Part shown: one piece after another, positions 24,595 to 36,205 of the stretch | Numbering within the stretch: the first letter of the stretch is position 1 | Layout: each line of letters opens with the position of its first letter | Assembly: GCA_963575745.1 (NCBI GenBank) | Contig: CAUYUJ010000020.1 | Span: forward strand, 1 to 64,000 | Reading direction: 5' to 3' | Source of the DNA: Prorocentrum cordatum | Taxonomy: Eukaryota | DNA: 64,000 bases | Position numbers and translations under genes: made by a program | Notes under the pieces: generated by a model | Databases searched by the model: none | What the model was told of the DNA's origin: nothing | Seen by the model: only the letters and a program-made list of their open reading frames with translations

Positions 24595-27500
24595 CTCTCT
24601 CTGCCCAAGTGCGCGGGCACTGGTGCTCCCGGGCGACCGCGTGGTGGCGCGCGCACGTGGCGAGCCTGCTGATGTGCTTGATAGCGTCCTCGAACTTCCC
24701 GCGCAAGGTGGTCAGAGCGTTGAGAGTTAGGCCCCAAGCGTTGGCGAAGGCGGTTCTGCATTCCAGGTGGACATTTTGCCAGGGTACGCAAATGCCCATC
24801 ACCGCTTCCACTATGTCCCCAGTGGCCTCCGGGTAAGGGAAGGGCCAAAGTGTGGCACGGGGCTCGCGCAGCTGGATCATCATGACTACCAGGAGGACTC
24901 CGAGGGAGGGGGTGTCCAGTGGGAGTCCGTCGCTGTTGAGGAGGTCCTGCCTCGGCGTGGAGCCGCCTTGGGCGGCTTGGAGCAGATGCGCCAGGTTCTG
25001 CATCCCAGGGTGCACGCGATACCTCCTGCATTTTCCCGTGGTTGCCCTCCAGGCCTTTGGGAATTGGTGTAGGATCTCAGGCGGGGTGCACCGCTTGTTG
25101 TCCTTGGGTCGGTGGCTGCGGCCCCGCACCTCGGGCATGGGAGGGAGTGAATCGACGGGGACGGCCAGGCTCTTATCTGCCCAGGGTGCGCCAAGCCCCA
25201 GGACCCACACCAGCGCAGCCCACGTCATGTTGTAGACGAAGTTGCTGGCGGCGATTCCGAGGTCCACGTCGTAGCAGAACCCCAGGTGGCCCCATGCCTT
25301 GCGGTCGAACAGGCCCGGTTCCCTCGGGGCGTCGGCAATGGAGTACAGGTGAGGGCGTAGACCGGAGACTGTGTATAGGACTACTCCCCGGGCAGGGTCC
25401 TCGACGAGCCTGAGAAGGCTGTTCTGCATGGCCTCACCGAGGGCGCCCCAGCAGAACGCGGGATCTAATGGGGCAGCCATCTTGTCAGCGAAGTTCTTCT
25501 CCATCGAGGCACGAGCTTTGTCTATGGCGCTGTCAATCTTCTTGATTGCGTCGTCGCCTGCATGTGAGAGGGTAGCCGACTCAGGGACCCAGGCTGCTAG
25601 ATCCATGATGAGGTCGGAGCCTGTGTCGATCGCTAGCACCTTGCGCCGTCCACTTTGGTTAGGCTCCTGAAACCGCACCCACAGCTTCGCCATGCGCCCG
25701 TACTCGGGGAGCTCACGCAGCCTTGGCCGGGAGGCTGTTGTGAACATCCTCCCGTCGCCAGTGATCACGACGTTGCGCGTCGCATCGGCGATGGCGACGT
25801 TCACCCTGTTGGCGTTGTCCATGAAGCCCCAGTCGTGTCGGCCGTTGGATCTGGTCGTTAGGAAGATGACGATGTCTGCTTCACCTCCTTGGCTGGAGTC
25901 GATGGTGGAGAGGACGAGCCTGCCGCTTGCCAGGTGTTCGGCTGCGAACTGACGTACGCCAGGGGTGTCCAGGGAGACGCCAATGCGCCATGAGTCTGGT
26001 TGGTCAAAAACGCTGGCGTAAACGCGAAGGCCCACTGAACGCCTGAACTCGCTCGCTGCCCAAAGGCCCCGGCCTTTGCCCCCTACGGACTTCCCCTTCC
26101 CCTTGCCCTGGCCTTTCGACTGTCGAAGAGCGCCGCTGATGCTTCGGGAGCTCCGGGGCCACCCGTTTTCCAGGATGGCACATTGGAGCTGATAGCCGAT
26201 GACTACCCGGACTGCGAAGCCTTCCTTCATTTCGGGAATTAAACCTCCGATGATGTTCACTGCCTGGGCAGCTTCCCAAAGGTTAGCATATCCAGCGTGT
26301 AACTTTGAGGTGACCTCAAGCGACGGGTTGTCAACCAAGAGAAATCGGCGTCGCTGTTCAGGGGGTTGCCTGCCAGGGTCCATGTTCCTCAGTGCCAAGC
26401 GTAGGTCGTCGATGTCTGCCTTGGCGGCGCCGGCCAGTCTCGCGAGCTCGCCCTCGTCCCAGGGTCTGATCTGCTGCCGGGGGAGACCCGTGACGAGTGG
26501 CCTTTGGGCAAGTGGGTCGGTGAGCCCAGAACGCATAGCGCTGTTGTAGAAGACCCAGTTGGGCAAAACCAGGATGTGAGGGCGCATGCGGTAGCACACG
26601 TTTAGCTGCACGACTGCTGTCGCGTGGTCTCTCAGAGCGTGGTGGAGCCGGTCGAATACAGAAAGGCAGAAACCCTGCTCTGCAGCCCTCCTGGAGATGA
26701 CTGTAGGTGGGAGCTGCTTGGGATCGCCGACCAAAACCAGGCGCCTCCCTGAGCGGATCACGCTGTCGAGGGACATCGTGGCCATTAGCTCGTGCGCCTG
26801 TCCCGCTTCGTCGATGATGAATAAGGCGACGGCAGCCGCATTCTTCAGCGCTTCGGCTGACTCGCGCGCGGCGATAATAGTCAGGGCCTGCTTGAGGAGG
26901 TTGGTGCGAAATCCAAGGAAGTCTTTGGACGGCGCGCCACCCTCGTAGGGGAAGCTGCCCGTGGCCTTCTGGTAGTGCCCCCCTGGTGTGAGCTCAGCCA
27001 GCTCTCTCGCGGCCTTGTAGTCTCTGGCAAGGCGCACGCACAGGGCAGGGAAACCGGCGTTGGGGTCTAGCTTGTTGGCTTTGCGCGCGGCGAGGAGTGC
27101 CTGGGCGGGTTAGTCCGCTGCTGCGTTTGACCCTGCGCCCAGGGCCACAGCCAGCCCGGAGTTTACCGGGCCTGCCCAAGTGTCCAGAGCTGCGACTGAG
27201 AAGATGGTCTTCCCGGTTCCAGGGGGGCCGTGAGCAATTGCAACGCGGTGGCCGGTGGTGGCCAGGAGCGCTTTGGTAGCGTCCTCGTTGAGACCGCGCC
27301 GAGCCGCGCCATTGCCCAGGGTCGTCTTGGATGGGAGGTCTCGTCCTCGCTGGAACACCTGGCCTGCGGCGCCGTCCACTTCCTGGTCCGTGAAGGGCAG
27401 CGCTCCGCGGGGCGCGGTGGGCTGCGCTAGAGCTGCAGCCAACGTACCAGGCGCGGGCAGGTCTGTGCAGGGCGCAAACGTCTCCAGGGTAGCGACCGCT

Positions 27501-28636
27501 CGTGCTCTGAGGCTCTGCCCGCATTTCGCTGCATGGACTGCGTCGTTCGCGGCAGCCTTGTCCGCCCCGTCTGCAGTCCGGAAGGTAAGTAGGTAGGTGA
27601 TGCGGGCCAGGGGGATGCCGAAGAGGTCCTCGGGGTGCTGTTTCAGCTTGTGGATTTCATTCAGCGCCGCCGAGATCCGGCAGAACTGGAGCTCCGATGG
27701 CACTCTGTCCACCCGATACCACGGCTCACCTTCGTTTTTTGGTCTGGGGATGTCGGGATTGTCGTGGAAGGGGCCGTGTTTGCCCATGCTGTACTCGACG
27801 ATGCACTCGTGCGCTGGGTACTTGGTGCCTGGTGAGAGCCCGAGCGCTTCGCAGTCTGCTGTAAGGACCGAGGCGCCGAGATCAGGCGGCCACCGCAGCT
27901 TCACGGAGGCGACCTTGTCCAGTGCGGGGCTGGTGAGGGAGATCAGTAGAACCTGGGCATCCTGCCCGGCATCCTGCCCCTTGAAAAGGATCTCGTAGAT
28001 AAGGTTCCACTGCAGGAGCAGGAGCCGCTTTCCAGCCCCAGGGTTGAGCGAGTCCCTCAGTCGGAATCGATCCAGGGGCGTCCAGGTCGAGTTTTGATCA
28101 ACTGAGGTGACCGCAACATCCAGGGCGCAACTGCGTCGCCTGAGGAGGCCCGTCCTGGCCTTGAAAGAACCATCCCAGATTGTCTCGGTCGCTGCCATGC
28201 ATTCGGTCCATGCTAGCCTTTCGAGCGACCGACCACGCTGGCGAAGCTCGCATGGCCACTGGGGGGGGAGAGCCACGGCGTCAGGGATGACCCCCAGGGG
28301 GGCCGTCGCGTGCACCTGGGCGCTGCCGCAGCTGCTGGGGATGGCGAAGAGCTGCTTGACCGCGGTCGCCGCGGCTATCGCGGCTGACTCGAGGACGATC
28401 CTCGCTGTACCTGCTGTTGGGGCTGCGCTGCCGTCTGAGCTGTGCTGCTCCTCGGGCGCCTCTGTCTGCGGCCATCCTGTGGGTCCCCGCGACGGTGCTC
28501 TGCCGGCGGCATTCGAGCTGTCACTGGTGGCGCTGGGCATCCTCCACGGTGAGGGGTTGGCTGCCATGGGGAAGAGGGTGGCGCCCCGCCTTTCCAGAGG
28601 CCCGCCATCGGTGCCCGAACTGCCGGTACTGCACAA
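24503..28636 (-). pseudogene. Upf1/Nam7-like superfamily 1 helicase with long N- and C-terminal extensions; disrupted at ~27110
   Basis: Walker A HGPPGTGKT (27206-27232), SNAAAD, IIDEAGQ, LVGDPKQLPP, SVFDRL, LNVCYRM, TIDSSQGGEADIVI, GFMDNANRVNVAI. Confidence 0.9.
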
Positions 28637-29283
28637 GCCCAGGTCCCTCGCCGAGCTTGCTGGGGAGGTCGGATATCCTGGGACAGGATGGTGCCTGGTG
28701 GGCTGATGTGGTTAAAGGGGTCATCCCTGGATGGAAAAGTATTGGGCACGTGGTCCCAATCATCTGGGAACGACCATCCAGGCATGGAGGCTTGTCCGTT
28801 GGTCTTTCCTGGCTCTGGCAGCTTCCACCCAGGCCATTCGTGCCTTGGGACCGCGCAGTCATGCGTCGAGTCCCACGCGGAGCCTAGTGTCATGGTCCAG
28901 AGGTTGCCCGCCGAGATGAAATGCCTGGGGTCTGGCCACCCGCAATCCCACTGCCTGTCGCCCTGCCAGTAGTGGTCTGATCTCAGGAGGCGCACCTTCC
29001 CGTCGCAGCGTTGTTGACGCAACTCGCACCACCAGCACCATTCCTGGTTGAAGTGTGCCCAACGTAGCCAGGGACACTCGCGCGCACGGAAGGGGCGGAG
29101 ACCGTCGACAGCTGGGGGGCCGTCCAGGCGGCACGCGACGCAGGCTGGCCAGCGTGCCAGTGGTCCTTGATTGCTCTTGTTCTTTCCAATGCTACCAGGG
29201 GAGCAGCTGACGGCTGCCAGAAATTTGAAAACACGGGCCAGGGAGCAGCTGACGGCTGCCAAGCACCTTAGAAGCCACAGGGC

Positions 29284-30233
29284 TCATCGATCACCCTGCG
29301 AGGGGAGGGGGAGGAGGAGGGGGGGGGGGGAAGAGGGGTTTTCCATGGAAGGCGGCCAGGGCACAGCTTGAGGGGTCGCATAGGTCGACGTCCAGCCCTT
29401 CCACGAGCGGGAAGTGGGCTGGGAGGGCGGTGTGGGAGCCGGCCCACTTGATGTGCGTGCGCACGGCGGTTTCACCGTCGCTGTGAAACTTGTCTGCCCA
29501 GAATACTCCCAAGGTGGCAAGGCTGTCCGCGGCCTTGTAAAGGCGGCGCCTGACGGCCTGCCAGGAGAGTACCCATCCTCTGTCCTCAGCTTGGCTGAGG
29601 GCGCTCTCCATCTGTTGCGCCAGGTGGAGCTTCCTGTACCTGGCCGTGCCATCTCCGTATCTGATGGCTGCCAAGTTGTCCCCTACTACCCTGGCCGCCC
29701 GCAGAGGCCCTGCCAGGCGGGGAAAGAAGGCGAGGCCGGCTCGGCATCCCGCCGCCTCAGCCATCTGAGCGCTGATACTGCCGGGGAGCGCAACAATCGC
29801 CACTGCGATTATCCCGGGCGCCAGTCGCGCGGTCGTGGTGCCACAGGATAGCACCCGCACCTGAGACCTTGGCGCGGTCGTCAATCCTCCTCGCCCCACC
29901 ATCGAAGGTGATCTCGTAGAGCCATTGCGCGCTATCGGAGTCAGGAAGGGGGGAGCTCCGGACGGTGATTTCGTCGCCAGGTGCGAGGTCGGCATTTGCG
30001 CAGAGCGTCGCGGTGTGCGCGTTGCATTCCCGACAGAAGATGGAGGTCCAGTTGGCCGTGGGGTTACTGTCTGTCCTGGGACAAGGGAACCACCCGCGCC
30101 CGGGCAACATCCATCCCGCGCGCAGCTGACTGGCCTGGATCACGGCCAGCTCGGCTCCCTCTCTGCTGTGACTCTCTGCTGTGACAAGTGACGACTGGGA
30201 GCCTGCGCGCCTCCCCTCCCGCGCGGCGAGCAT
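29284..30233 (-). pseudogene. RNase H domain of the LINE (RNase HI type), frameshifted
   Basis: ITFDGGAR...GAGAIL, AQMAEAAG, VVGDN, WQAVRRRLYKAADSLA. Confidence 0.85.
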
Positions 30234-30239
30234 GCCGAA

Positions 30240-33200
30240 TCATGTGTGGCCTGGCGGTCCCACATGCGATCTTGTCCCGGAGTGGGAGGGGATGGCAGAC
30301 GTGGCAGATGTCCTGCATGGGGGCCCATACGGCGGTCTCGTCCGGGGTTGTGAGCCTCGGCGCGCTCTCAGCCTCGGCGTCGCTGTCGTCGCTGTCGCCC
30401 TGTTGGTCGGTGTCGGGAACAACGAAACCCTGAAGAATGAGTCGTGCCGCGTCGGCGGCACCCAGGTGTGCATTCTAGATTGACGCAGTACCTGACGGAG
30501 ATGTGGTGGAGGACCTTGGTCGGGAGGGACTGGATCCCCGCTGGTGGTGATGGCAGTGGCTAGATACTCGGGGTGCCCTGGGGCTCTCGCAGCGCCCCAC
30601 GCTAATGCGGCAGCTGGGCACCAGTGCCACACGTGCTCGGTCGACGCTTCTCCGACGCCACACAGGGGGCATTGCCCGTAGGGGCCTGGCCTGGAGGGAG
30701 CTCGCACACTGTTTTGTGTCTGCCCGTAGGTGTCCACTCTGCCCCGCAAGGCAGTAGGCAGGACGCGTGGGTCCAGGAGGTGCCAGAGGGCGGAGTTGCG
30801 TGGGCCAGGGCCCAGGCATCTAGCGCACCAGGCCTCGCCTTCGCCGTCCTGCCCGGCGGTGATCCAGACGTGCTTGGCGGGGGCACCACAGGGGCATCGG
30901 CGCGGCCGTCGGTCGGCCGCTCCGCGCCGCCTGACCGAGCCTGGTAGACCATTGCTGAGGATACGGAGAACGTGGTGTGCCTCGGTGAACGACAAAAAGT
31001 GGCTGAGCAGGGTCCATTCAGTCCCGTCGGAGGGGTGCCACCTCCTCCCTTGACTGGTTTCCCTCAGCCATTTGTTGGCGAAGGGGCCGTGTAGCTGCGC
31101 CCATGCTGCGGCGTAGACCACCCTCCCGAAGTACTTTCCGCGCACTAGCGCTGGCTGTTCCTGAAGGCGGGTGAGCATCCGCGCGGCCTTGCGTTCCGCG
31201 ATGACCTTGGATCCAGGTCTCGTGGCCTCTGGCTGCGTTGCTGCGCGAGCCGCCCATCTGAGAAGCTGATTCCAGCGGATCCTGGCGCGTTTCTGGGCGG
31301 CGCAAGGGCCCCAGACGTCATCCATGGCGCGCGCTCTGGCAGCGACAACCCACGCCGCGGCCACTGGGCACCGAGGTGCGCCGGGCACCTGGTAGCGGAT
31401 GCCTACGCCTGTGAGGATGCAGTCTGGTATCCAGGATGCGGACGCAAGTCCGACTGCGACCCTCAGCTGCGCGCGTAGCGCACGCTCTTGCACCACGTCG
31501 GGGGCGGCGTAGTGGGCAGCGTACGGAACCAGGGAGACAAGGTAGGAGTTCCAGGCTGCTGCCGTTCTAGCTGGGGACATCCTCGCTAGGTGGAGGGCCA
31601 TGGCCAGGTCTCTCATCTTGGGGATAGGCCTCCGCGACGAGGGCGTCGGCCTGCGCCTTGGCGAGTTGCCCGGCGGGTGGGACTTGCTCACCCTCCGCTG
31701 CTCGCGAGACCACCACCGCTCCGAGGTAGGGCCAGTGATCTCGGACCGAGGATCCCCCGAAGGGGGTATAGTCCATAAGTTTGCGCCACCACTCGTGTCA
31801 GCAGGCGGGGACCAGGGCCGTCTTGAAAAAGCGAAGTTGCAGGGGCGTTCGAGTGGGCGGCATGCCTCGAGGACTTGACGCTCTACGTTCCCGCTGAGGA
31901 GCGCCAGGATGAGCTCGCCGGGGAGGCCAGTGATCAAGACTTCATCACCGTCGTTTTCAAAGTCAACCAGGGCTTCGGCGAGCGCTGTCCTGAGCGTAGT
32001 GGAGTCCGCGGCGCAGATGCCCCTGCAGCGATGCGCCTCGACCAGAAGGCCAGCCGCGCGCGCCGCCCAGAGAGCGCGATGGCTGCGCGTAGCGCCTGCC
32101 TCGTCGAACTGAGCAGGGCGGCTAGGTCGCCCACGCATGCGGGGTCGTCGTCGGCCATGATCTCGGCCAGGGCAGAAATCAGGGGATCATAGCCCATGCA
32201 CCATAAGAGCGGGGAGCGGTGCCACCCATCCCGACGGATCGGAGGAGGCGGCGCACTGGCCCCGTGCACCTGCCTTTGCAGGTCTGCACTCCTCGCCCTC
32301 CGATGAGGGAGTCCAGGGCGTGGAGTAGCCAGGCTGGTAGCTTCCGCCTCTGGAGCAGGTCTCCCATCCACTGCAAGGAGATCCTTTCGAAGGCCTCGTT
32401 TTGGTCGCAGAAGATGACCGCAGTGCCAGGGGCTTCTCCTGCGCGTGAGGCCGCCCTATCGACATACTGCTCTACCGCCGCTGCGCGTCTGCCGAGTAGG
32501 GCCTGCCAGGCGGGCCCTGGGACTTCAACGGGCCGTGGCCCCTTCCCAAGGTGCGCGGTGACTCTCGTAATGTTGGGCCCGCACTGCCCGCCTTTCTTGG
32601 CGGCTTGGTTGGGGCCGAGGAGGGCCTCCACGGCCGGCCCAATGAGGTCTGCGAGGGTGGCGCCATGGAGCCTCCTTAGGGACGAGGGCAGGTGTAGCGG
32701 TCTCATGTCGTTGGGCGTCTCTGCCGCCGCCTTTTTCCCGACCCACACTGACAGGTCGACGGAGGGGCCCAGGACAGTTTCAAGGACAGCGGGGTTCAGC
32801 ACTGCGGCGCACCAGGCCTGCGCCAGCAGGCAGGCAACAAACCTGGCCCCAGGGCGGTAGACTTCGCACGGTTCACCGTCGATGCCGGGGGCGCTTCCGC
32901 TGGGGGCGAGGACAATGGAGGCGATCCTGCCCCAGCGGGGTTGGGGCCTGTCTTGGATGTTGATGCCGGGATGGTGCTGGAAATAACCATCCAGAAGGCG
33001 CGTCGCCGCCCCAGGGAGGGGAGGCGCTGCGTGCCATATCTCGCTACGGCTATCCCATAGGATACGGTCTACCTCTTCTTGCCTTTCGCGCCAGCGACCT
33101 GACGCGTCGCGCACCCCGAGGACGGAGTGGGTCTTCTGATATATCTCTCTGCCTGTCCTGTAGTGCGCTGCCAGGGAGGCCCGTTCGGCGCCAGGTCCTC

Positions 33201-33432
33201 CTTGGGCAGGCGTCAGCCTGACAGCTCTTCGCTGCGCCGCCTCTGCGTCCCATCTTCGGAGCCACTCAGCGGCTTCCGTAGGTGTCAAGCCCTGCCCGCC
33301 CCACCCGTAGTCGCGCGGCCATGCTGCGAGGGTACCGACAGGGCGCGTAGACCCGCCTCTCTTGCTGGCTGTCGCCAGGAGGAGCCTGGGGGACGCGTGT
33401 GCTTTGTTCCTCCTCCATTTTCTCCAGTCCAC
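30240..33432 (-). pseudogene. Non-LTR reverse transcriptase plus C-terminal zinc finger, frameshifted, catalytic motif decayed
   Basis: SAPGIDG, DMRPLHL, NQAA, IFCDQNEAFERI, VGMGG..PLLW, and CVGDLA at the YxDD position. Downstream CPLCGVGEASTEHVWHWC. Confidence 0.85.
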
Positions 33433-34643
33433 CAGTCCTGGAGAGGAGCAGAAAGCGCGTGTCTGCCAAAGCGCATCAGAGCAGGAATAATGGGCGGCGG
33501 GATGTCGGCGGCGCCGTCAATTTGCTCAGGCTGATTGGGCGCGGGAAGCGCCGCCCCTGCCTCGGTCTCGCCGTCGTCATTGTCGGTGCGCATGTCTGGG
33601 GAACCCCCAGGAGTCGCGGGTCTGACCCAGGCGACAGGCTGCAGGAGCCCTGTCAGATTGACAGCTGGGACGCCGAAGGCTAGCTCCAGGCACGAGAAGA
33701 CTTGTCTGAGGTCCGCGTGAGCGGCAGAGGGAAGGTTCCTGTGATCCCCTGCCTTCATGGCGCACTCTCTGCGGGCCCTGCGCGCTCCCACGGGCTGCAG
33801 GTAGATGGTTGCGTGGTCGGACAGTGTGGGCTTCCACGCCTTGTGCACTACGTGGGCGTAGAGCTGGCGCACTGGGCAGGCCAACATGTCGATTTGTGAC
33901 TCGTTGTCCTTGTCGACTCTGGCGGGGCCGGCCGCGTGCACCACCGTACTGAGGACACCCCGCAAAGCTGCCACGGTCTCTACTTCTCCTTCTCGTGGGT
34001 CGTCCAGCTGGAGATTGACGTCGCAACCCCTGTATGTGTCGAGGATATCCCAACGCTCGGCGGCGTCGGCGACTTCGGCGATGGTCTCCTCCTTCCGGGA
34101 CGGGGGGAGGTAGATGGAGACGACGCGAAATTCGTGGTCGCCGCGTTGCACTGCGGCGGAGATTGCACAGCAAGGGATAATGTCTTCTTGGTCGAGGAGC
34201 GCGACGCAGTGCGGGAGCAGGATAGAGACTCCCCCGGCCAGGCCGCCTGCTGGCCCGCGGTAGCCCCGGGAAGAGACGAGCGTGCGAGCAGGGAGCATGG
34301 TTTTCCATAACTCTCCCTCGTGCTCGGACCTGTGTGTCTCTTGGATCAGGCCAATGCGGTGGTTCAGGGTCATCTGCGTCAGTACTGCATGCTTGATATG
34401 GATCTTAGCGGCTGTGAAACTCCGAAGGTATCTGACATTCCAGCTGGCGAGTCTGGGCAAATTGTCGGCAGCGGTTGCCTCTAGGGGTCGTAGGAGGTCG
34501 TCCACGGTGTGATCACCGCAGAGGGTCTGCCAGGCTGGCTGGTTCCATGGGTCGCTGTGAAGCGCGCTCCATAGGCCGCGGGGGCCACGGAATCTGAATC
34601 GGGTGCCCGATTCCAGGGTAGAGTTGAGAGAACGGCAGGCCAT
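33285..34643 (-). CDS. APE-type (exonuclease/endonuclease/phosphatase) endonuclease of the LINE
   Basis: ASWNV, LIQETH, GGVSIL, SIYLPP, CDVN, SQID, LSDH in the canonical order. Confidence 0.9.
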   Translation of the reverse strand: MACRSLNSTLESGTRFRFRGPRGLWSALHSDPWNQPAWQTLCGDHTVDDLLRPLEATAADNLPRLASWNVRYLRSFTAAKIHIKHAVLTQMTLNHRIGLIQETHRSEHEGELWKTMLPARTLVSSRGYRGPAGGLAGGVSILLPHCVALLDQEDIIPCCAISAAVQRGDHEFRVVSIYLPPSRKEETIAEVADAAERWDILDTYRGCDVNLQLDDPREGEVETVAALRGVLSTVVHAAGPARVDKDNESQIDMLACPVRQLYAHVVHKAWKPTLSDHATIYLQPVGARRARRECAMKAGDHRNLPSAAHADLRQVFSCLELAFGVPAVNLTGLLQPVAWVRPATPGGSPDMRTDNDDGETEAGAALPAPNQPEQIDGAADIPPPIIPALMRFGRHALSAPLQDWWTGENGGGTKHTRPPGSSWRQPAREAGLRALSVPSQHGRATTGGAGRA

Positions 34644-34736
34644 CCGCCAGGCTGGGGCGCGGGTTCCAGGGACCAGCTGGTGCCTGGGGGGGGGGGCCTA
34701 GCGCTTGACACAGCGTTCTGGGGCCCTCGTTGGAGT

Positions 34737-36055
34737 CTAGGGGAACGGCGGTCCGCGGAGTAGGCCTTCCGATTCCTGCAAGCGGTTCGCGACGTCGTCC
34801 GGGAGCGGATGATCCCGTAGTGGGGCCCATGGGCATTGCATCCCAGCGAAAGTCCTCGCCGCCACCAGGGCCTGGGATATTTGGTCACCGGATGGGGCCG
34901 GCGCGACAATTTCCTGTCCGAGGCCCCCTCTGCTCCAGGCGCGCAGGGCGGAGACTATTCTTCGCTGTAGGCAGCGAGGATCGACGTGGATGCCCACTGC
35001 GCCGTACAGCTGCCTGCCATGGATGCCCAGGGATCGGTAGTAGCTGGCGAGCCCGACCGCTCTCGCTCTTAGGTCATCGGTGGGGGGTCTCAGCCCGCAG
35101 GCTCCCCCTTCGTCGATTAGCCACTCCCCCCAGGCTTTGACTTTGGCCTCGGTTGCCGGGCTCTCCCTTTCCCTGCCGGTCATCACCAGCGTCAGTCCTT
35201 CTAAGCAGCCAAGGAAGCGGTCTTCGGCCTGGTAGGGCCCTGGATCGCGTCCAAGTGGGGATCCTGCCGCCCGGTCTGAACGCCCATTTGAGCTCCCACG
35301 GGCTGGGGAGCCGGGGATAAGATGGTGTCGGTTGGGGGCGGGAAGTTCCCGAACCGCAGCCTCTCTCTTGGGCTGGCGACCACATCTCCCGCGTTCATCC
35401 TAACCGCCCAGTCCAGGTTCAGGTCTCCCATAGCGGCACAGATGGCCTTCCTGTGGGCTGCCGGCATGGAGGCCACGTTTTCCACAAGGACCAGCATCTT
35501 CGGGTCTGGTCGTCGCTTGCTTGCCAGGCACCAGGCGATGGGCACTGCGAAGACGCAGCACGATTGCGCGCCAGCCAGGCCGTCGCATCCTCCAAATTTT
35601 CCCGCTGCCGACAGGTTGCTGCATGGAGGGCCTGCTACAATAAGCAGCGTGCTGCCTTGTTCCAGGGAATCCAAGTGCGTCTCCCATGGCGTTCAGCCGC
35701 CAGGGTGGTCCCGTGCTCGGAACAGGTCCCACACGTCCGCTGCGAATTGAGTGCGCGGGGGAACACCATCTGTTGGATCCAGCGTGGCGCTCCATCTCCT
35801 GGCCACTACCTCTGCGGCCTCTCTGGAGTGCTCCGCGAAGACCGAAGTCCGAAATTTGTGGCTTGCTCCGAGCTTGTGAATCAAGTCTCCGATGGCGAGT
35901 CGGGCTAATCCCCATCCGTCGAAGAGGGAGACCAGGTGAATGTACGCGCCGCTCCCGGACCCGGCCGCGTCGGCTGCTGGCCCCCCTCGCGGCACCACGC
36001 TGGTCTGCTGCGTGAAGTCGACCCCCCTTGCTTCGTCCACTCGGACCCTCCCCAA
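34737..36055 (-). pseudogene. C5 DNA cytosine methyltransferase, DNMT3-like motifs; in-frame TGA at 35693-35695 plus disruption near 35200
   Basis: Motif I LVSLFDGWG, II FAE, III DVWDL, IV AGPPCSNLS...GLAGAQS, VI VENVASM, VIII RERLRFGN, IX RPPTDDLRARAVGL, X LYGAVGIHVDP. Confidence 0.88.
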
Positions 36056-36205
36056 GATATCCCAGGCGGCGCGGTCTGGTCCTAAACGAACTGCACCCTG
36101 TTCGTGGAGGGACCTGAGCGTTTCCAGGATGAGGTTGTTGTCCAGCCCGGCGAACGCTGCCAGGATGTGGTTCGGGGGAGCTGGGCCCAGATCTGTTGTA
36201 GGACG

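Noticed and set aside
24503..28636. Host UPF1 gene or Helitron helicase
   Set aside because: No recognisable Upf1 CH domain, intronless and disrupted. Motifs are Upf1-type rather than Pif1-type, and no HUH Rep motif was seen.
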